Notes under the pieces: model-generated | Told to the model about the DNA's origin: nothing | What the model saw: only the letters and a program-made list of their open reading frames with translations | Database searches by the model: none | Assembly (NCBI GenBank): GCA_964057225.1 | Contig: CAXKVF010000074.1 | Coordinates: forward strand, 806,001 to 870,000 | Origin: Auanema rhodensis | Lineage: Eukaryota; Animalia; Nematoda | Reading direction: 5' to 3' | DNA length: 64,000 nucleotides | Translations under genes and position numbers: made by a program | In this document: one piece after another, positions 57,001-64,000 of the stretch | Layout: each line of letters opens with the position of its first letter | How positions within the stretch are numbered: the first letter of the stretch is position 1

Positions 57001-58429
57001 TTGAAATTTACGTGAACTTTAATTTATGCTAATTAAATGTACACGTGATGTGCACTTGGTATGTAACTCGCTTCACGTGAAAGATAAAGAGATGCGGTTT
57101 TCAAAATTAGATTCCCCATGTCCATATTAGTCTAAAAACAAATTTTTATTGATATTGGTTCATGGTAACCATGACTTTGAAATTTACGTGAACTTTAATT
57201 TATGCTAATTAAATGTACACGTGATGTGCACTTGGTATGTAACTCGCTTCACGTGAAAGATAAAGAGATGCGGTTTTAAAAATTAGATTCCCCATGTCCA
57301 TATTAGTCTAAAAACAAATTTTTATTGATATTGGTTCATGGTAACCATGACTTTGAAATTTACGTGAACTTTAATTTATGCTAATTAAATGTACACGTGA
57401 TGTGCACTTGGTATGTAACTCGCTTCACGTGAAAGATAAAGAGATGTTGTTTTCAAAATTAGATTCCCCATGTCCATATTAGTCTAAAAACAAATTTTTA
57501 TTGATATTGGTTCATGGTAACCATGACTTTGAAATTTACGTGAACTTTAATTTATGCTAATTAAATGTACACGTGATGTGCACTTGGTATGTAACTCGCT
57601 TCACGTGAAAGATAAAGAGATGCGGTTTTCAAAATTAGATTCCCCATGTCCATATTAGTCTTAAAACAGATTTTTTTTGATATTGGTTCATGGTAACCAT
57701 GACTTTGAAATTTACGTGAACTTTAATTTATGCTAATTAAATGTACACGTGATGTGCACTTGGTATGTAACTCGCTTCACGTGAAAGATAAAGAGATGCG
57801 GTTTTCAAAATTAGATTCCCCATGTCCATATTAGTCTAAAAACAAATTTTTATTGATATTAGTTCATGGTAACCATGACTTTGAAATTTACGTGAACTTT
57901 AATTTATGCTAATTAAATGTACACGTGATGTGCACTTGGTATGTAACTCGCTTCACGTGAAAGATGAAGAGATGCGGTTTTCAAAATTAGATTCCCCATG
58001 TCCATATTAGTCTAAAAACAAATTTTTATTGATATTGGTGCATGGTAACCATGACTTTGAAATTTACGTGAACTTTAATTTATGCTAATTAAATGTACAC
58101 GTGATGTGCACTTGGTATGTAACTCGCTTCACGTGAAAGATAAAGAGATGCGGTTTTCAAAATTAGATTCCCCATGTCCATATTAGTCTAAAAACAAATT
58201 TTTATTGATATTGGTGCATGGTAACCATGACTTTGAAATTTACGTGAACTTTAATTTATGCTAATTAAATGTACACGTGATGTGCACTTGGTATGTAACT
58301 CGCTTCACGTGAAAGATAAAGAGATGCGGTTTTCAAAATTAGATTCCCCATGTCCATATTAGTCTAAAAACAAATTTTTATTGATATTGGTTCATGGTAA
58401 CCATGACTTTGAAATTTACGTGAACTTTA

Positions 58430-61400
58430 ATTTATGCTAATTAAATGTACACGTGATGTGCACTTGGTATGTAACTCGCTTCACGTGAAAGATAAAGAGA
58501 TGCGGTTTTCAAAATTAGATTCCCCATGTCCATATTAGTCTGAAAACAAATTTTTATTCATATTGGTGCATGGTAACCATGACTTTGAAATTTACGTGAA
58601 CTTTAATTTATGCTAATTAAATGTACACGTGATGTGCACTTGGTATGTAACTCGCTTCACGTGAAAGATAAAGAGATGCGGTTTTCAAAATTAGATTCCC
58701 CATGTCCATATTAGTCTAAAAACAAATTTTTATTGATATTGGTTCATGGTAACCATGACTTTGAAATTTACGTGAACTTTAATTTATGCTAATTAAATGT
58801 ACACGTGATGTGCACTTGGTATGTAACTCGCTTCATGTGAAAGATAAAGAGATGCGGTTTTCAAAATTAGATTCCCCATGTCCATATTAGTCTAAAAACA
58901 AATTTTTATTGATATTGGTTCATGGTAACCATGACTTTGAAATTTACGTGAACTTTAATTTATGCTAATTAAATGTACACGTGATGTGCACTTGGTATGT
59001 AACTCGCTTCACGTGAAAGATAAAGAGATGCGGTTTTTAAAATTAGATTCCCCATGTCCATATTAGTCTAAAAACAAATTTTTATTGATATTGGTGCATG
59101 GTAACCATGACTTTGAAATTTACGTGAACTTTAATTTATGCTAATTAAATGTACACGTGATGTGCACTTGGTATGTAACTCGCTTCACGTGAAAGATAAA
59201 GAGATGCGGTTTTCAAAATTAGATTCCCCATGTCCATATTAGTCTAAAAACAAATTTTTATTGATATTGGTTCATGGTAACCATGACTTTGAAATTTACG
59301 TGAACTTTAATTTATGCTAATTAAATGTACACGTGATGTGCACTTGGTATGTAACTCGCTTCACGTGAAAGATAAAGAGATGCGGTTTTCAAAATTAGAT
59401 TCCCCATGTCCATATTAGTCTAAAAACAAATTTTTATTGATATTGGTGCATGGTAACCATGACTTTGAAATTTACGTGAACTTTAATTTATGCTAATTAA
59501 ATGTACACGTGATGTGCACTTGGTATGTAACTCGCTTCACGTGAAAGATAAAGAGATGCGGTTTTCAAAATTAGATTCCCCATGTCCATATTAGTCTAAA
59601 AACAAATTTTTATTGATATTGGTTCATGGTAACCATGACTTTGAAATTTACGTGAACTTTAATTTATGCTAATTAAATGTACACGTGATGTGCACTTGGT
59701 ATGTAACTCGCTTCACGTGAAAGATAAAGAGATGCGGTTTTCAAAATTAGATTCCCCATGTCCATATTAGTCTAAAAACAAATTTTTATTGATATTGGTT
59801 CATGGTAACCATGACTTTGAAATTTACGTGAACTTTAATTTATGCTAATTAAATGTACACGTGATGTGCACTTGGTATGTAACTCGCTTCACGTGAAAGA
59901 TAAAGAGATGCGGTTTTCAAAATTAGATTCCCCATGTCCATATTAGTCTAAAAACAAATTTTTATTGATATTGCTTCATGGTAACCATGACTTTGAAATT
60001 TACGTGAACTTTAATTTATGCTAATTAAATGTACACGTGATGTGCACTTGGTATGTAACTCGCTTCACGTGAAAGATAAAGAGATGCGGTTTTCAAAATT
60101 AGATTCCCCATGTCCATATTAGTCTAAAAACAAATTTTTATTGATATTGGTGCATGGTAACCATGACTTTGAAATTTACGTGAACTTTAATTTGTGCTAA
60201 TTAAATGTACACGTGATGTGCACTTGGTATGTAACTCGCTTCACGTGAAAGATAAAGAGATGCGGTTTTCAAAATTAGATTCCTCATGTCCATATTAGTC
60301 TAAAAACAAATTTTTATTGATATTGGTTCATGGTAACCATGACTTTGAAATTTACGTGAACTTTAATTTATGCTAATTAAATGTACACGTGATGTGCACT
60401 TGGTATGTAACTCGCTTCACGTAAAAGATAAAGAGATGCGGTTTTCAAAATTAGATTCCCCATGTCCATATTAGTCTAAAAACAAATTTTTATTGATATT
60501 GGTGCATGGTAACCATGACTTTGAATTTTACGTGAACTTTAATTTATGCTAATTAAATGTACACGTGATGTGCACTTGGTATGTAACTCGCTTCACGTGA
60601 AAGATAAAGAGATGCGGTTTTCAAAATTAGATTCCCCATGTCCATATTAGTCTGAAAACAAATTTTTATTCATATTGGTGCATGGTAACCATGACTTTGA
60701 AATTTACGTGAACTTTAATTTATGCTAACTAAATGTACACGTGATGTGCACTTGGTATGTAACTCGCTTCACGTGAAAGATAAAGAGATGCGGTTTTCAA
60801 AATTAGATTCCCCATGTCCATATTAGTCTAAAAACAAATTTTTATTGATATTGGTTCATGGTAACCATGACTTTGAAATTTACGTGAACTTTAATTTATG
60901 CTAATTAAATGTACACGTGATGTGCACTTGGTATGTAACTCGCTTCACGTGAAAGATAAAGAGATGCGGTTTTCAAAATTAGATTCCCCATGTCCATATT
61001 AGTCTAAAAACAAATTTTTATTGATATTGGTTCATGGTAACCATGACTTTGAAATTTACGTGAACTTTAATTTATGCTAATTAAATGTACACGTGATGTG
61101 CACTTGGTATGTAACTCGCTTCACGTGAAAGATAAAGAGATGCGGTTTTTAAAATTAGATTCCCCATGTCCATATTAGTCTAAAAACAAATTTTTATTGA
61201 TATTGGTGCATGGTAACCATGACTTTGAAATTTACGTGAACTTTAATTTATGCTAATTAAATGTAAACGTGATGTGCACTTGGTATGTAACTCGCTTCAC
61301 GTGAAAGATAAAGAGATGCGGTTTTCAAAATTAGATTCCCCATGTCCATATTAGTCTAAAAACAAATTTTTATTGATATTGGTTCATGGTAACCATGACT

Positions 61401-61949
61401 TTGAAATTTACGTGAACTTTAATTTATGCTAATTAAATGTACACGTGATGTGCACTTGGTATGTAACTCGCTTCACGTGAAAGATAAAGAGATGCGGTTT
61501 TCAAAATTAGATTCCCCATGTCCATATTAGTCTAAAAACAAATTTTTATTGATATTGGTGCATGGTAACCATGACTTTGAAATTTACGTGAACTTTAATT
61601 TATGCTAATTAAATGTACACGTGATGTGCACTTGGTATGTAACTCGCTTCACGTGAAAGATAAAGAGATGCGGTTTTCAAAATTAGATTCCCCATGTCCA
61701 TATTAGTCTAAAAACAAATTTTTATTGATATTGGTTCATGGTAACCATGACTTTGAAATTTACGTGAACTTTAATTTATGCTAATTAAATGTACACGTGA
61801 TGTGCACTTGGTATGTAACTCGCTTCACGTGAAAGATAAAGAGATGCGGTTTTCAAAATTAGATTCCCCATGTCCATATTAGTCTAAAAACAAATTTTTA
61901 TTGATATTGGTTCATGGTAACCATGACTTTGAAATTTACGTGAACTTTA
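58430..61949 (+). repeat. Duplication with 12-monomer (2112-bp) offset: monomers 333-340 match 345-352
   Basis: A113G+G130C at 58542 and 60654, followed by the same G139T/C81T pattern. Confidence 0.8.
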
Positions 61950-64000
61950 ATTTATGCTAATTAAATGTACACGTGATGTGCACTTGGTATGTAACTCGCT
62001 TCACGTGAAAGATAAAGAGATGCGGTTTTTAAAATTAGATTCCCCATGTCCATATTAGTCTAAAAACAAATTTTTATTGATATTGGTGCATGGTAACCAT
62101 GACTTTGAAATTTACGTGAACTTTAATTTATGCTAATTAAATGTACACGTGATGTGCACTTGGTATGTAACTCGCTTCACGTGAAAGATAAAGAGATGCG
62201 GTTTTCAAAATTAGATTCCCCATGTCCATATTAGTCTAAAAACAAATTTTTATTGATATTGGTTCATGGTAACCATGACTTTGAAATTTACGTGAACTTT
62301 AATTTATGCTAATTAAATGTACACGTGATGTGCACTTGGTATGTAACTCGCTTCACGTGAAAGATAAAGAGATGCGGTTTTCAAAATTAGATTCCCCATG
62401 TCCATATTAGTCTAAAAACAAATTTTTATTGATATTGGTTCATGGTAACCATGACTTTGAAATTTACGTGAACTTTAATTTATGCTAATTAAATGTACAC
62501 GTGATGTGCACTTGGTATGTAACTCGCTTCACGTGAAAGATAAAGAGATGCGGTTTTCAAAATTAGATTCCCCATGTCCATATTAGTCTAAAAACAAATT
62601 TTTATTGATATTGGTTCATGGTAACCATGACTTTGAAATTTACGTGAACTTTAATTTATGCTAATTAAATGTACACGTGATGTGCACTTGGTATGTAACT
62701 CGCTTCACGTGAAAGATAAAGAGATGCGGTTTTTAAAATTAGATTCCCCATGTCCATATTAGTCTAAAAACAAATTTTTATTGATATTGGTGCATGGTAA
62801 CCATGACTTTGAAATTTACGTGAACTTTAATTTATGCTAATTAAATGTACACGTGATGTGCACTTGGTATGTAACTCGCTTCACGTGAAAGATAAAGAGA
62901 TGCGGTTTTCAAAATTAGATTCCCCATGTCCATATTAGTCTAAAAACAAATTTTTATTGATATTGGTTCATGGTAACCATGACTTTGAAATTTACGTGAA
63001 CTTTAATTTATGCTAATTAAATGTACACGTGATGTGCACTTGGTATGTAACTCGCTTCACGTGAAAGATAAAGAGATGCGGTTTTTAAAATTAGATTCCC
63101 CATGTCCATATTAGTCTAAAAACAAATTTTTATTGATATTGGTGCATGGTAACCATGACTTTGAAATTTACGTGAACTTTAATTTATGCTAATTAAATGT
63201 ACACGTGATGTGCACTTGGTATGTAACTCGCTTCACGTGAAAGATAAAGAGATGCGGTTTTCAAAATTAGATTCCTCATGTCCATATTAGTCTAAAAACA
63301 AATTTTTATTGAAATTGGTTCATGGTAACCATGACTTTGAAATTTACGTGAACTTTAATTTATGCTAATTAAATGTACACGTGATGTGCACTTGGTATGT
63401 AACTCGCTTCACGTGAAAGATAAAGAGATGCGGTTTTCAAAATTAGATTCCCCATGTCCATATTAGTCTAAAAACAAATTTTTATTGATATTGGTTCATG
63501 GTAACCATGACTTTGAAATTTACGTGAACTTTAATTTATGCTAATTAAATGTACACGTGATGTGCACTTGGTATGTAACTCGCTTCACGTGAAAGATAAA
63601 GAGATGCGGTTTTCAAAATTAGATTCCCCATGTCCATATTAGTCTAAAAACAAATTTTTATTGATATTGGTGCATGGTAACCATGACTTTGAAATTTACG
63701 TGAACTTTAATTTATGCTAATTAAATGTACACGTGATGTGCACTTGGTATGTAACTCGCTTCACTTGAAAGATAAAGAGATGCGGTTTTCAAAATTAGAT
63801 TCCCCATGTCCATATTAGTCTAAAAACAAATTTTTATTGATATTGGTGCATGGTAACCATGACTTTGAAATTTACGTGAACTTTAATTTGTGCTAATTAA
63901 ATGTACACGTGATGTGCACTTGGTATGTAACTCGCTTCACGTGAAAGATAAAGAGATGCGGTTTTCAAAATTAGATTCCCCATGTCCATATTAGTCTAAA

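Larger units (their letters stand above)
1..64000. repeat. Tandem satellite array, 176-bp monomer, about 363.7 copies, all head-to-tail; candidate centromeric/pericentromeric satellite
   Basis: The same 60-nt line phase recurs every 2640 bp (15 x 176; ATTTATGCTA starts lines 1, 2641, 5281, 7921, 10561, 13201, 15841). No non-satellite sequence is present and the array runs off both ends. The centromeric role is inferred from the nucleosome-sized monomer and homogeneity only. Confidence 0.99.

Noticed and set aside
1-64000. CRISPR array or other repeat-spacer system
   Set aside because: There are no unique spacers; the entire 176-bp unit is repeated and no cas or other genes are present.
1-64000. 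Apparent 2640-bp (15-monomer) periodicity in the printed lines
   Set aside because: This is the least common multiple of 176 and the 60-nt line width, a formatting effect rather than a global higher-order repeat.
1-64000. Hidden insertion, inversion, telomeric repeat, or tRNA/5S-derived unit
   Set aside because: The phase stays continuous apart from three 1-bp deletions. I saw no reverse-oriented monomer, telomere motif, Pol III A/B box or foreign sequence.

Overview
The whole 64 kb is one uninterrupted head-to-tail array of a 176-bp AT-rich (about 32% GC) satellite: 363 complete monomers plus a 115-bp partial one. I saw no genes, RNA genes, transposon insertions or strand inversions. Consensus, present exactly at 4401-4576 (window coordinate = 4400 + monomer position): ATTTATGCTAATTAAATGTACACGTGATGTGCACTTGGTATGTAACTCGCTTCACGTGAAAGATAAAGAGATGCGGTTTTCAAAATTAGATTCCCCATGTCCATATTAGTCTAAAAACAAATTTTTATTGATATTGGTGCATGGTAACCATGACTTTGAAATTTACGTGAACTTTA. 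Most monomers differ from it by 0-3 substitutions, and only three 1-bp deletions break the phase (about 16020, 27811 and 50978). Monomer length, homogeneity and array size fit a eukaryotic centromeric or pericentromeric satellite (inference); I cannot assign a species or named family. Points of interest: the monomer is a degenerate palindrome with two dyad axes 88 bp apart; it carries three ACGTGA/E-box motifs 32-33 bp apart; variants accumulate next to a 13-bp dyad and in one copy extend it to 19 bp; and shared variants record multi-monomer duplications, young higher-order repeats, chimeric monomers and layered haplotype domains. No protein-coding system is present. All variant tallies were made by eye and need confirmation by alignment.
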